This document shows, piece by piece, positions 37,569-52,100 of a DNA stretch of 64,000 nucleotides (positions are counted from its first letter, which is position 1; the number at the start of each line of letters is the position of its first letter). The translations under genes were made by a program, and so were the position numbers. The stretch lies in NCBI RefSeq assembly GCF_000150275.1, contig NW_002060943.1, positions 5,662,008 through 5,726,007 of the forward strand. The letters are read 5' to 3'. The notes under the pieces are model-generated. The model was not told where the DNA came from. It saw only the letters and a list, made by a program, of their open reading frames with translations, and made no database searches. The DNA is from Trichoplax adhaerens (lineage: Eukaryota > Animalia > Placozoa).

Positions 37569-40500
37569 ATGATGGTTCGACACCATTTATGGTTACTAAG
37601 CATCGTTTTCTTCACTTTCATTTATAGTGCATATTCCTCTCGTACTTTAAATAATTATTTAAATGATCCTAGTTCAAAATTAATAGACTATTTATCAATT
37701 CGATATGAAGATAAGCAGAATTTAAAGAATAGTCTAATATGGAAGAGAAAATATATCTTTTGCCCATCTCGATATCTGTCGTTACTTTTGTATAGCCTGC
37801 CTTCAGATTTTGACAAAAGGTAAGTTGAATACTTTTTAACTGGATGCCTTGCCGTATAACCTAGACGTTTTTAATGATGCTCATTTTATCAAATAAAATT
37901 CATATTTTATTCATAGCGTGTATTAATGACAGATTAAATGTTGTAATGTCTTCGTCTAGATGATTCATGAATAAATGTGCTTAAATCAGTAAAAAATCAT
38001 ACCATTGACCAACCGATCATGTAAAAGTTGTTAATTGAACTAAATAATCACGATTATCGACTTTCAGAAAGGATATTCTTCTAATTTAATTTGATTTGAC
38101 TTTAAGTCACTTGCAATCTAAATTAGATTTTTAAACTTGATAGTACAGTACATGACGATATTGCTATCACCACTCGCAAAGTAAAGATGCCGTTTCAACT
38201 ACTAAACAACAAAAAATTCTACTTGTACATTGTAAATAATGTAACTAAATGTAGCCAATATGTAGTTACCGCAACATTGTCAATACATTATTTAGCTTTT
38301 ATTTTTTAGTCAAATAGAATCCGGATACCCATGTTCAATATCGAATCATCGTTTCTGTATTTCTCTTTAGCTATTCACTTTTTCATAAGCATAGTTTCAA
38401 TCTAGTTTGTAAATCACACACTAGGTCTCTTTAGCCGTTTAGTGTGTTCCCGGTGAAATTTAGATAACTTAGCCTTATTTTTCTCTGTCGGTTTTCGCTA
38501 ATCAGTTTATTAAACATGATATGTTGTTCTATCTTAAATTGAAGTAGCTATCTTTCTTAAAATTTAGTATACTAAGTGAAGTTAGTGAATGTAATGGATC
38601 GGTGTGGAATCTATTCAAACTTGCTTATCAACGGGGACATAATTTATCAATTAAATGTCATGGGCCGCACTCACTAAATGGAATTAGTTTGAATAACAAT
38701 TTCATCAATAAAGATGTATATAGGAAAGCAGATGAAGGTAAAGGTAACAAAATATCTAGTTCTATTGACTCTCGACTATCTACTAGTAGTGGTAGATCGA
38801 TATCGTCAGAAAATTATTTTTACAGTAATTCTGTTCAAAGATCGTTTACCTACAGTGTACCCATATGGTGTATTCACAATCATTGCTCCATTTCACTAAA
38901 CTATTGTCTCTTGTATGAGACTCTATTACTTGATAGAACACATTATCGAACTTTACTATATAAACAGAAATTTTCAGAATTGTTCACATCACTGTTAACG
39001 ACTGATCATCAATTTCTATTCTATCATTGATCTGATATATGATGATTTTTACAGTAGACTATAGGGCTTCAAAACGTCATAGCAGATCAGCTAATACGAA
39101 GAGACCCGTTGGTAAGTGCATTTGTTACCTCTGATGAGAATATATTTTCGTCTTGCGAATTATAAGGATGTATATTTAGTATGGGTTCCATATCAATGGA
39201 ATGAATACTTGTTAGAGGAATAGTTCATTTTGAAGAAAAGAATTACGACTATACCAACCAATTTAAAGTATTATACGGTACATTAAGGAAAAAGTTAAAA
39301 CAGATTATGAGTTAACGACTATGATTTTACTTTTTTGGGGATAGATCCAACATGCTATTTTGGGAATGGCAGCCTTTATCAAGGCGTTATTAATGTTACT
39401 ATTGATGGAGAAAAATGTCTGCCTTGGCATATTGCTAATAGAACTAGCTATCGGCGAAGCAATAGTTTTTTCGGCCAAGATAATTTCTGCCGTAATCCGA
39501 ATGGTGAACGTACTTCACCTTGGTGTTATGTTAGAAATACTACAACAAGTGGAATTGGCTGGGCTTACTGTCCTATTCCAAAATGTTTACAGGGTCAACC
39601 TACTCTGTCGACTTTATTGCAGCCAGGTATAGATTTCTTAGAAGCTGTTCAAATACATAATTACAGATGTTATAGTTATTGTTATGCAACCACTGTAATA
39701 TTTAATTTAAGTAAACATGCAACTCGTATCTTATTATGTTGTGTTATGAATAAATTACATAGAAATTAAATCTCAGACGAGAGTTCGATTATCTGGGAAT
39801 AATTCTAATCGTGGAATCGGCCGTGTTGACATCCAGTTTAATAGCACTTGGGGCTCTATTTGTGCTCATGGCTGGACGTTTTCTGAATCATCGGTTGTTT
39901 GCCGTCAATTGGGATATATTGCAGCATTACCGGTTGAAGGTGATGATCATTTTTAATCTTAATGGTTGATTTAATTTGTGTAGAACATTTATTTATTTAA
40001 GCAAAGAACAATAGCTTTACTCTCGTATCATCGAATAAACTAAAGCTTCTATTTACTTGATACTTTAATAACAGTGAAAGTAGCACTACGGAATGATGTA
40101 ATACATTCTCAGTTAATTATATTCATATTAGTTAACCAAAAATAATTAGAAATTATGTACATGTTTTCATCCTATGCAATATCAGGGTCAACAAGTTTTT
40201 ATTTATTATAGAAACTGATGCCAGTATCAACTTGCAATACAGCAATATAACGTTTTGGTTATCCAAAATATCGTGTTCTGGATTTGAATCAGCGATAAAT
40301 GAGTGTAAAATATCATCTTTGAGATATCGAGGGATTTGCACCAGTAATAGAAAGATTGTTCACGTTAAATGTAGAACATGGCAAAGTCTAGGTAACCCGC
40401 ATTAATCTCATAATGTATTGATATTGCTTAAATTTGATGCCTACTTATCTTATGATGGTATAATTCGTTTTATTCGCTCTTATTTACTAGCCAAACAGTA

Positions 40501-42802
40501 TAACCTTACTACTAATAATAATGGAAAAGATCAAGTTAAACCAGACTGTGAAGGAAATAACAGAGATAACCATCAGACTGAAAATGCAGAGTCACTTACG
40601 AAATTCTACAGTGTCATTCTAATACCTTCAATTAGCGTGGCACTCATTTTCATAGCTTTCATTGTTATTATATGCATTCGGAGTCGGACTAGTAGGAGAA
40701 GACGAAGATATTTATGGTCATATTCGGACCCAGTCGAAGATTTTCAGTCACAAACTACGATAGAAGGCGGCACTTCAACAGGTTAAGATCATTTAATCCG
40801 CATAATAATGATTATACTATTTCTAATAGCGAAAGTCAAACGTTTATGGCACACCAGATTATTAGCACACTTGCAGTATCGAATACTGTAGGATGTTTGC
40901 TGATGTAATACTGGTTATTTTCGTGATTCAAATATTTAAATCTTTTACTAAGAATAATCAACCATTTTAAATGATGTAATGTTCAGAATATCAAGATAGC
41001 TAGTCGTTTGAAGTGATGATAAACTCATAAGCAAAAAGTAAACTACACTATTAAGACTCAAAAATTATTAGAAAAGTCTTTTAAATGTTGCAAGTTCATA
41101 ATCTATGATAGACGTATACATAGAAAGAATGGCTGCAAAAGTAATTATCTTAGTAACTGTGTATGTTTCGGACGATTTAGAGTTTGCAATATTCACAAGA
41201 AACTATAAGGAATAACTTAATGAAATAGTAGTCTTTATTGCAGCTAGTATTAGGAGAAAAACGGTGTTATTGTACGTATAATGATATGAACTTGTCGAAT
41301 AACTATAGCAAAGTAGAATAGGTAAAGCGGATAAGCTTACCCTGTAATTAGCATAACTAACAAAGTAAATCCATAAAGACGGCTTTTACAATGTAGGATG
41401 CTGTGATATATACCAATCACGAAATTCCAAATTTTAGAAAAATAAGGGCTTTATTGAATCTTATACAAAGATTAACTACACAGCTCTACTCTAGCCGAAT
41501 ACTACTTCTAAAGACTTCTACAACGAACTAACAGAATAATCTAAAGTTGCATGCTTTTATACTTTTCGTAGCATTCGCAGCTACAATCCGTATGGCAACC
41601 TTTTACCTTATTTTACACATAGTTAAATTATTCTTAGTAAGACTATTCTACTGCGGACCATCATTAATCCAATATGGATACGACTACAGTACTTACGTAG
41701 ACATTATTCACACCAGCCAAAGTACAATGAATTAACCATATCCTAATATATGATTTACAGTTCTATTTTTACCTATAGCCATATTAGTAACTCAACAGCT
41801 TACTGTATATAGTCATCTGTACTCTAGCATAGAGTCTCTACCACTACAGTCTATAGTTACAGCTACCAAATATCTCTTAGGATAAATATCTACCGTACAT
41901 TATACTACACATGGCTAACAGTCTACAATCACAATACTAAGTTACATTACAGATGCCTAGCGGGAAAGAATATTTATAATACAAATTAATAATGAGGATA
42001 TCTTATTTCTATGCTATGGTATTTCTATATGATAATGAGATTAGATATTTTACATATTAACCTAATCTGATTTCGTATCCGTATTTTCAAATAAGAATTT
42101 TACTTACTAATTTTATCAACAGAACAAAATAGCAACCTTAACTCTTAACCACATATCACAGACTTAATAGATAGAAGTATATTTCAAAAATATATGATAA
42201 GGCTATTCTGCTACGCTCCGTCCTCAAACTACAGTATTAAACTATAACTTACTCTATGTATTACGCTGTAGCAGACGAGGAATTCTAGAATAAAACATTA
42301 ATGTCTATCGTGTAAATTACCCATACCGTATTAACTAGATCAAATCGAAGTGTTTCTGTAAAATTTTTTGAAGACTGTATAATTATAATCATAGCAAACC
42401 ATTTCAATACTAGTAGTAAGCTAGTACTGTATTCGTGATAAAGTAATGTTTACTTATCGATTCTGTATTAGTGACACAAAACAAGCGGCCCAACCATAAA
42501 TTTATGGCATTAAATCTAGTGTATTTTTGAATAAGACATTGTTACTGTCGATGTCTAGATTCGGTAATATTCAAAATCGCAGTTATACGATGAAATATTA
42601 AGGGCTATAACAACAATAAAATTACTGTAACTGACAAAAATGAAAAATTTGATACTATTACTTAGATGCAACGTTGAGTAACGGAACTGTCACTTTTTAT
42701 TTTACTGTCTTAGGAATAAATATATTACAGGAAAACTTGCCGAGCTATGATGATGTTGTTAAGAACAGGAAATATATATCATGCTTGGAAACTATCGTAT
42801 AA
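37569..42802 (+). CDS. Receptor paralogue 3: SP-degenerate LRRNT-LRRCT-linker-kringle-SRCR-TM-LPxY/PDZ tail (multi-exon)
   Basis: Exons: 37569-37819 (signal peptide, ends phase 2); 38568-38737 (ECNGSVWNLF..IKCHGPHSLNGISL, LRRCT); 39055-39111 (KRHSRS linker); 39345-39626 (kringle CYFGNGSLYQG..CLPW..NFCRNPNG..PWCYV..WAYCPIPKC); 39763-39939 + 40212-40391 (SRCR); 40491-40781 (TM). The probable last exon is 42714-42802 (GINILQENLPSYDDVV..ETIV*); an alternative stop lies at 40786 if that intron is unspliced. Confidence 0.85.
41401..41950 (+). repeat. Dispersed repeat family, copy A (in the last intron of paralogue 3)
   Basis: Aligns by eye, nearly colinearly, with 58266-58978 (direct) and 56325-56640 (inverted). 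Shared words include ctactctagccgaatac, gcggaccatcattaatcc and gtctacaatcacaatactaagtt. Confidence 0.9.
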
Positions 42803-45800
42803 TACAACGTGAATATTTCCTTTAATTCCAAAGAACTCATTCATTGGACAGGATTTGGAATAGTTTGATTTTGCATACTATATTTAAACTATTAACATTA
42901 ATATATTCCTTATATCGATTTCATTATAATTATTAGTAAGTCTTAAATAATCGCTTCCATTATAAATTTACACAATCTATTACATATGTTCAAGTATTTT
43001 AAAAATGAATCTTTAGATACCCAGCGCGCTAGGTAGTCCAATAGCCGTAATTTAAAGTCTTAAAAGCAAAATTTTCATTTATATTAAATTTCCTTTATTT
43101 TCCATTCATGCTGTTAAGTAAAGATAAATTAACGCCAAGTCTTATACATGCTAATATATTTTAAGTTGATCTTCATTACGTCACAACACTTTGCTTTGAA
43201 TATATCAAAGTATTTATTTCAATATTACTATGATTGTTATTTGCTCAGTTTAGGAACATACTATATACAGTATATGCTTTTACCGTCTTATTTTCTGAAT
43301 ATACTTTAGTAGTTCATGTTTATGCTCGAAATTTTTACAGCTAAGAATATTTACGAAAATGGATACTAACTCAATATAAATTATGTAAGCAAATTTATGC
43401 TAGAAATAAAGTAAATTGTTTTAGGTATTTGCTCATATAGTAGATATTTCACATATGCTTACTAGAGTAGTAGACTTATCTGCTGTAAAATTGAGTCAAA
43501 ATTCGGTCTACTTAATTTGCAATTAGAATTTTACGGCGATAGATTAGTCAACATGCTTATCGGCGTAAAATTAATCCTTTCGAATTATTTAAAGCAATCA
43601 GCTATTTGATATTCTTTATTTTAGAAGTTGCATTAGCTTTCTTTTGGATATTCTGAATTACTTAAGTTTATTACGAACACATTAGTATAAAATGGCTTTA
43701 AAAATTATAAACTCAGCCTTTACCTTTCGATATTGGCTACACAGTATGAGTAACTGCCCCAAATTTTCTCTATATACGAGTATAAGATCCAAAATATAAT
43801 CTCCAAATTTTGCAGTAAGGGTTTTAAAGATTTTAATTTTATATTCTGTTTTATACCCGTGTATTGGCCCTATATTTCTTTCAATAATTGATCATGATGT
43901 AACTACAGAATCTGAACTTTAAAAATAAATAGTAATTATTAATTACTATCATTTAAACAAAGTAAATCAGATTCATGCTCACCAAAGAATTAAAAATGAA
44001 ATAATTCACGTATATTGTATGATTGTATCGAAAGTTTGATAGAATTAATGAATGATAATGTTAGATAGTTTGATATGAAATCCAATCAAATTTCTTCATA
44101 ACTACAAAATAGTAAGCCACAAAGTGATAGTTAAATCACTACTCATCATTAATCTTTCAACCTTGTTTCTGAATTCTAAAAATTAATGTCCTGTTGTTTA
44201 AGCCACAAGGAATATCGTTAGATTATCTTCTAAAATTTGTTAGTATAATTTACGTAAGAATTCATTTTCGAAATTTCTTCGTTACATTAGTGAGATGTTG
44301 CCTTTACCATGTATCGTATTATAATACAAAAAGCATACGTTTCTCATAACATACTTGTCACAATTTCACTTCTGCGATAAGGTAACTTACAGTAAAAGTC
44401 TATAAGTAGCTACTGACTTAAACGCCCCTTTTACTTAACGTTAAACACACACAGCCGAATACCGTGAAGATGAAACTTTTATTAGCAAAGATACATCTAC
44501 AACTTTTACCACACCACTCAACTCAAATGTTCCCGTTTATATAGGAACCGTCTAATTTGTAAACAACAACAGTATTATTATTATACCTTACTAGGAGAAA
44601 CATCTCGAACTGAGATGTTCCTTACATAGCTTTTCTATCAGTAAATATTTTGAATCTCTTACTGATACTTAATTTTAATGGAAGCTTGTAGGTTGTCTAA
44701 TTCAACTATCATCAACTAGAACTTGAATCATCTTACTGCTATCTATCACACAATAAGAATCAATATCAAATATGCGAAGAACTATCACAAACAACATCCA
44801 CGTTAAGGCATGACTTATCTTATCTAGCACTACAAATATGGATATTCTCCATATTAGCTACTTCTGTTCTTACTAATCTATCCTAATGACAAGGCAACAC
44901 CGCAACAATTCTATACGTATATTAAATACGCAAAAAGCATATGCCGATCAGCACTATGTGATCAAAAGAATGAGTGAACTGACACCGTTGACCACAGTTA
45001 GGAATCTTGAAGGAAAAATATACGTAGTAACTTAATATTCTTTGACGTTCTATATGCAACGAGAAATATCTTTCATTTTATGATGGCTAAATCTTGGTCT
45101 TAGATCTCACACGATCTTGTGTCCTTCATGATCCTTCATGATAACATCTTTACTCCGATCGTTGCTTAACGGTAAACTTATTCCAAACTTATAGTAAGTT
45201 ACTGTAGTTATACATATTGGCGACAGCAATTCCAATGTAATCAATAGCGGCTTAATCAAAAGATAACCGATGACTGGTATATTATCGTAAAAATATAGCA
45301 TAAATTTAATTGGGTTTAACTGAAATCTATATTATCGTTTCAAATGAGTTCTTACAATTTAACTTAAGAATGGCAATATGGTTATTATATTTAGCCCATA
45401 CATTGAAGTATTTACTCGTAATTGTTAAACAAGTCAAATTTTTCTCACTAGTGCACTGAACCTAGAATCATCTATGTTGTATATTATCAAAATTAAATTT
45501 CATAATGTTGCTCCTCCTAATAAACAGCTTAATATATCATTAGTGAGAAAATCTGCATAGCTGGATAATGTTTATGATAGTATACCAGATATAAAAAAAG
45601 TATGGTTCAATGTACTTTCTTTTTCATTATTCAGCTGTAAATGCATTAATTTCAGTTAGAATAAAATAAATGTAATAATCCAACCTAGACTCGTTCTTCG
45701 TAACTTGATTGTTTTTTTTGGATTGTAATAACTTTATTAGAACTAAATGTGCATTGTAAAATTTTGAACAATAAAGTATGAAGAGTCTCAAAAATAATTG

Positions 45801-47886
45801 GATTGGATTTTGCTTATTTATATATTAATATGATTGCTATTGTTATTATTCCAAGTTTCAATCAAATATATGGGAACAAGTAGAAAAAACATTTGAATAC
45901 TGTAGTACGTTATGATTTTCTTCTCAATAGATTTTAATATTACAGGCTGTGCTGTTGTTACAGTGTTATATACTGTATTAGAGTAGAAATATCTATGCTT
46001 GGATAATTCTGTTAGACTATCCTTATTTAGTTAACTTTTAATTTGGATATACTATGTTTTAATATAGCACTGACTTTTTATGACAGTGACACTTATACAC
46101 ATACTGAAATTAATAGTTATAATAGGGAATGCAAATCATCTACTTACAGTTCGAATCATTGTGATTGTAATTTACTTATGGTAGATTGTAAATTATCATG
46201 GAAATGTTCCGTGACAGGACATATCGTAGTCTAACTATTCTGTATTAGTTATTACATGTCTATATTCGTAAATACTGTTGTCTGCATTTAGGTAGCAGTA
46301 GCTAAACTTAATATCTAATTCAGTAAATGATTCCGAGGTTAATTGTATTAACTATGACTCATAAACTATTGAGGAATAGTATATAAATGCAGTATATCGT
46401 GAAATAAAGAGAATTCTCAAACTTAGTGTTTAACTAAAATACGAGGCGTTTAAGTCTTTGTGCAGTCTGCTAGTACAGCAAAAGTGTTTGTGATAGTGCA
46501 GATATCGTTCCTTGATACGTGGTTCAAGGAATTGACTTATTGATCGTACGTTACGTTATCTTGTTGCAAAGCTGTTTTGTGACAGCTGTTAAAATATTAC
46601 AATCTAAATACTAAGAGAATGAAATGACTGAGGAACTATGTTGAGATATCGGTTTGGTTCTATGACGACTAATAAGCACCTACTATTGATCAAAATAGAT
46701 GTAATTTCTAATTTTTTCATGTTCACTATATTAATTGTTAGTTGAATTCAGAATATTTCTGTCTAGTCGATCGTTATACAATACTCTATGTCATTGCCTT
46801 CTTTATCTTGGCGTAATAAAATGCAAACAGTTTTTACCAATTCAAGCTGTCTTTATTAGATTTGTGAAAGAGATTTGTTTCAAGCATTGCACTTACACAG
46901 ATGGTGTAAGATAGTATTTACACGTAGTATAAGCATGAATCATGAAATGCTGAGGTTATAGCATTAGCGAATAACGAATCAAAGTAGATTCTAGGCGATA
47001 ATAAGTTTCAACGCTGCAATGAGTGATGCAGGGATTACAAAGCATTCAAAAAATGGGTAAACATAACCATTGTCCATTTTTATAAGCTAAGCAATCTAAT
47101 GACAACATTTTAAAAAGCTAGCTTTTTATGCAATCCTTCATCCTTTAGGATTAGAAATTGTAAAAGCAACATGAAATTTTGATGTAACAGAAATATTGAG
47201 TATCTATAGTTTTTAGGATAACAAGTGCCCTAGAATAATATCTTTAGAAATAAATTCAGGAATTTGATACACGTAACAGGGTCTCGAAAATATCATTAAA
47301 CTTAAAGGCTGATTGCGACGTAAAATATATTATCAGCTACTTAAGACTGACGCGCACGAAATAGAAGATACCAAATGTATTTTTTTATATTATAACCAAT
47401 TCATAGCATTGTAAATGTTAATTCGAAATCATTTTTATTCTTGTAAACCTAATTTTTAAGAATAGTTTAATACGTATATAAGAAAAATAGCCTCGTCTAC
47501 GGCATGGTGAAATGTTTCTTAGCCTTAAGATTATCGTTAACTTTATTATCAGCACGGCACAATTGCTGTTTTGCAAGCTAGGTCTGAAACAGCTCTTAAA
47601 CTTACTTTAGCATCTTAAGTACCTCTTTCAATGTCATATTTCTGATTTCAAATTCAAGTTTGATTAATTTTATGCCATAAAACATTGAATAATTGGTTTA
47701 AGCTTAAATAATTGAACTTTTCGTGCAGTTATATTCGTCTACGACTGATATGAAATACTACATATATAAATATATACGTGCGAATTTGCATATACTCTTG
47801 TTTATTATGAAGCAGAAGGAACAATGCTTTAAATCCAAAGGCTTCAAGAGAATTTCTGCCTTGATTTAAAATCCTGGGTTAAGATT

Positions 47887-49123
47887 CTAGTTATTTTCTA
47901 TTTCACCGACGAGTTGAGGGTTAACTGTGAATATCAGATAAAAGAAAATGTTTTAGATAAATATTATCTTCGACCATTCTAAGGGTACAAAAATGGTTCA
48001 CTTTACTCGCCCTTTACAATGACAATTTAGCAATAATTAATATCACGTTAAATACGGAATGAAAAGGATTTCAGTTCATAAGGACTGTTATTACTAAAAA
48101 ATTAATAATTGATATTTCTTTTATACTCATCAGCTTCTAAATTATGCCTTACTTTCATTGAAGGATTTCATAGTTTCGGACTGATATAGCGAGGATTTGG
48201 TTATTGTGGATTTCATTTTTTTGCCCTTTTTCTCTGATTTAAGTTAGCGATAAGAGTAAAAATAAGATTGTTAACATTTTTCCTCTGATTACATTATGCT
48301 CATAGTCTATAAAATATACTGCGTTCTGCCTTTCAAATAACATCGCGATATGATGATTATACTCATATTTATGCTTAAAATCTTGAACTAGATCAGATTG
48401 CTTGATTATATTATAGCACATTCCAGAATCTTTAGAAAAATTATTGGACTAGCTAAATTTTTTTTTATTGAGGAATCTTTATATTTAATTCTTGAATGAA
48501 ATAAAAAGTTGTCACAAACCAGCTTCGTGACAAGGATAACGTAAAACAAATCTCTAAATTACTATAGTCTCCGAGATTCAGTATCCCTTAACTACCTCAC
48601 AAGAATTTAGGCGCCTTTGATTCTACAATTGAGAACTACTTTATTCAACTATCTGACGGATTTATATACCCTTCTACAGCAGCTAACATTCATGAGTCAT
48701 CTTATAAAAATACTTAGGTGAGAACATCTGCTAACTAATTTTTCACAGTCGGACTACAACATGTCCATTCACAGAATCACTTCAGTGCACATTACAGCAC
48801 AGTATTAAATTTACTGTAACACATTTACAATTAGAGTAATTCCTATTATAAGTAACTATTTGTAATATATTATCACTATATTATATTCACCAAATTTAGA
48901 TAGCTATTTCTTTACGGTAGTTCGTACCGTGACGAAAGTATATAAGTATATTTGTAATAATACCTTTTCGGGAATAATTTCGTCTGTTAGTCCCTTCTTC
49001 TACATTTCCATTGTCGCTATCGTCTTCCCTAATAGCGATAAAACAGTATATAATCATTCCAAGCACTAAAAATCCACCAATAGAGCAGCCTAATCCTATC
49101 CAAATTGCATCTAAATCATTCAT
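47887..49123 (-). CDS. Small single-pass membrane protein (about 95 aa, three exons), no recognised family
   Basis: Exons 49123-48964 (MNDLDAIWIGLGCSIGGFLVLGMIIYCFIAIREDD..), 48233-48153 (EKKGKKMKSTITKSSLYQSETMKSFNE) and 47924-47887 (INPQLVGEIENN*). Both introns are phase-1 GT-AG. N-terminal TM with no signal peptide. Confidence 0.55.
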
Positions 49124-52100
49124 GTTTGATGTGGAGTTGCAGTGGTAAGCTATTTGGCAAGATCTTAGGAAAGTAAAAGTATCATTGCAAGATAACAGCT
49201 TAAATACTCTAAGCATCTACGATTATGAAGAATAGATGACGTATTTTATATTATTATCCATCAGCAGGAAATAGACAATTAGCTATTTTATTCCTTATAA
49301 AGTACACTCTTGCAGTTTTTCTCTGAAAAGTCCTTTAGAATCATTCAAATGAGCTAGTAAAGTACCCTATTACTAAACGAGCCTACCCGATATAAGGTAT
49401 CACTAAAAACGAAGATGATAAAAGTTTGATAGTGTATGATTACTTCACGTAGAATCTTACGTAGTTAAAATGCATTATTATTGTTTTTATTTCAATGGAT
49501 TAATTTGTAAAAACGAATTGAATCCACTACTTTACTTTAATGAATCATAATCACGCAATCTTTAATATAACTAGCGAATAATTAATAACCTTGAAGATAC
49601 AGATATGCTAAGTTGTTGATATTTTGTAGACTGATTCATTTAATTACTGTGCATCGAGTAAATGCGGTGACCGACAATATCTTAAATTGCTTTGAATTCC
49701 ATGTTTGCTTTCATACACAGATAGGTATAATATAATTCATCATACATAAATGGAGTTTTATACTATCTAATTTAAGTAGTAGACTTAAAATATATTCTCT
49801 TTATTAGACAGGATTTGAGATAAGAAAACAATACCTTAATCTAAGAGTTTATAAGATAAAGTTGAGACAAATAGTAGAATTAAAAATTTTATATTTCCAT
49901 AAGGAGCATTAATTCATCCCCGTATTTTCTTATAAATATTTTTAGGTCTTCTTAATATAATTTATTGCAGACAATAGATAATGTAATACCTTTCTGACTC
50001 CATAGCTAATAATGAAGATACATATGCAATTTACTATTTTTAAACAATAAATGATAATTTGAGATGATACAACCACGACATACACGTAATTCTAGTTTTG
50101 GAATATTACATTATTTTAGCAAGAACGCTTTACTAAATATAACAGAATTGCTTCATATATTTACAATTAACATATTGTACTTTTAAAATTACCGAGAACA
50201 AGAAATGAATTCGCGCAATAAAAATTTTATATGATTTATATCTAGAGAAATTTATTTTTCGAATTCATACTTGCAATTGGTCTATAAACGAAGTTAAGCA
50301 CTGTGCTTGTTGCAACCGATATGCTGATTGATAGTTTATTACTTACTTTACGTCATCTGAATTAAGTATCAAATTAACTGCCACAAATGACTTTTTTAAT
50401 AATAAATGCCCGTAGGTCCATTAAAGATGGTCGACCATTTATGACAACTTCAAACTGATGTCCATCAACATTAAATTGATACTGAATACCATATACATAG
50501 CAGGCAAGTCCTTTGAAAAGTGAATGAGTTCTCAGCTTTTTATTATTTTTACCTTAGGGATTTTAGGAGCTTGATTAAGGAAAGATACTGTCAGGTGGTC
50601 AACTGATCTTTAGGGATTAAAGTTAACTTTTCTAAGAGTAAGTTTATGTAATAAATTTTTCGTGACGTATATATCAGTTCGGCTGAACCAAATTAATTAT
50701 AGTGACAGTAAAAGCTTTTATTTTATTAAATTCCCAATAAACAAAGCGAAAAATCGACTATGGTGGTGAAGACACATATCTAATGCTGAATGTAATCCTT
50801 AGGCTAGGATTTTCGTTCTTCTAATTAGTAAATATGAAGAGAATAGTTTCAATTAATAGGAAAAAATTTGATAGCTGATGACCAATGGGTCTGTAAGGAC
50901 TATAAATTCATTATTAAAATCTTCTGAACTATTGAATGAAGTAATCTGTCGGGATTGATAATTTAAATTCAATCATAACTAGAAATTTAAACATTAGATC
51001 GAAACATAAGTAATCTGCTGAACTGCTGGCAAGGTTATTAGCAATGGGTGAAGATTATTAACCATTGGACCCTTATAATGAAATTTGTACAACTGATGTT
51101 AATGGAATTTTATTATGTATCGTTATTCACGAAAACAGCTTTAATATGCAGGCCAGAGATTATTTTGATTATTAATCTTAACATAATGTTATGGCTAACG
51201 CAGAATCTTCCAAGAACAATGAAACTTTTAAATGAGAATCTGCATGATATTTTGCGCAAAAATCCTTGTAGCACTGAATTATCTTCTATTTAATTGCTAT
51301 TATGACCGAAAATGATTAATGACCATTGAATAAGAAGTATATAAGAGTAAAGGAAATATCATGACAGAATCTCACGAACAATGTGAACCTGTAATTGCCA
51401 TATTTTCATCAAATTAGTATAAAGGGTGAATGCAATATTAAAGGTAAATTTTTAGTACGCATGAGAGACTGGACTGAATGTATAATCAAAAGTATTTCAA
51501 CGATAATCAATTTACGGCAGCAGGCTTATTTGGAAGTTATTATCTGAAGAATTTTGTAAATAACTCCAGCTGTTGGAATTAAAATCAATTGATCATTAAA
51601 AATAGCTTAGGACTGACATATACTTTATCGTAAAAAAGTCTAAAAATGGTAAAGCAAACTCAAGTAGACTTCCAAATTTGTGTCTAAAAATCACAACATA
51701 ATATCTTTATTGTCTTCCTGAAATTTAAAATGAAATTAGTAATCTTCGATTTAATATTAAATTCTAGTGAATAACGAGGACTGCCAGAAAAAGTTATTTA
51801 ATCTGAGCTAATAGATTTAGCACATTATCGTTAAATAGACGATAGTATTGTGATCGCTAATTTCAACAAACAATTATAAGTTAATTATTTCTATTATGTT
51901 CGTGAGTTAAAGTTTACGTCATTTAGCGAATTAGGAAAGCATATCGTACAAAACATACGTGATTCGTAATAGATAATAGATATACCAAAAGAATTTGTAG
52001 AACAGAATTTAATTAATCTTTTTAATATTTGCCATTCTTGATAATAGCTAATATGACTGTTAGATTCCGTAACTTTGGTATCATGCGATGATCAAAATGG

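Noticed and set aside
44069-44110. Isolated LRR-like peptides (FDMKSNQISS* here; FTELSFAHNKF near 59775) as possible donor LRR cassettes
   Set aside because: Each is short, has a nearby stop and lacks phase-2 splice sites, and such matches are expected by chance in AT-rich DNA. They give no support for a VLR-like cassette pool.
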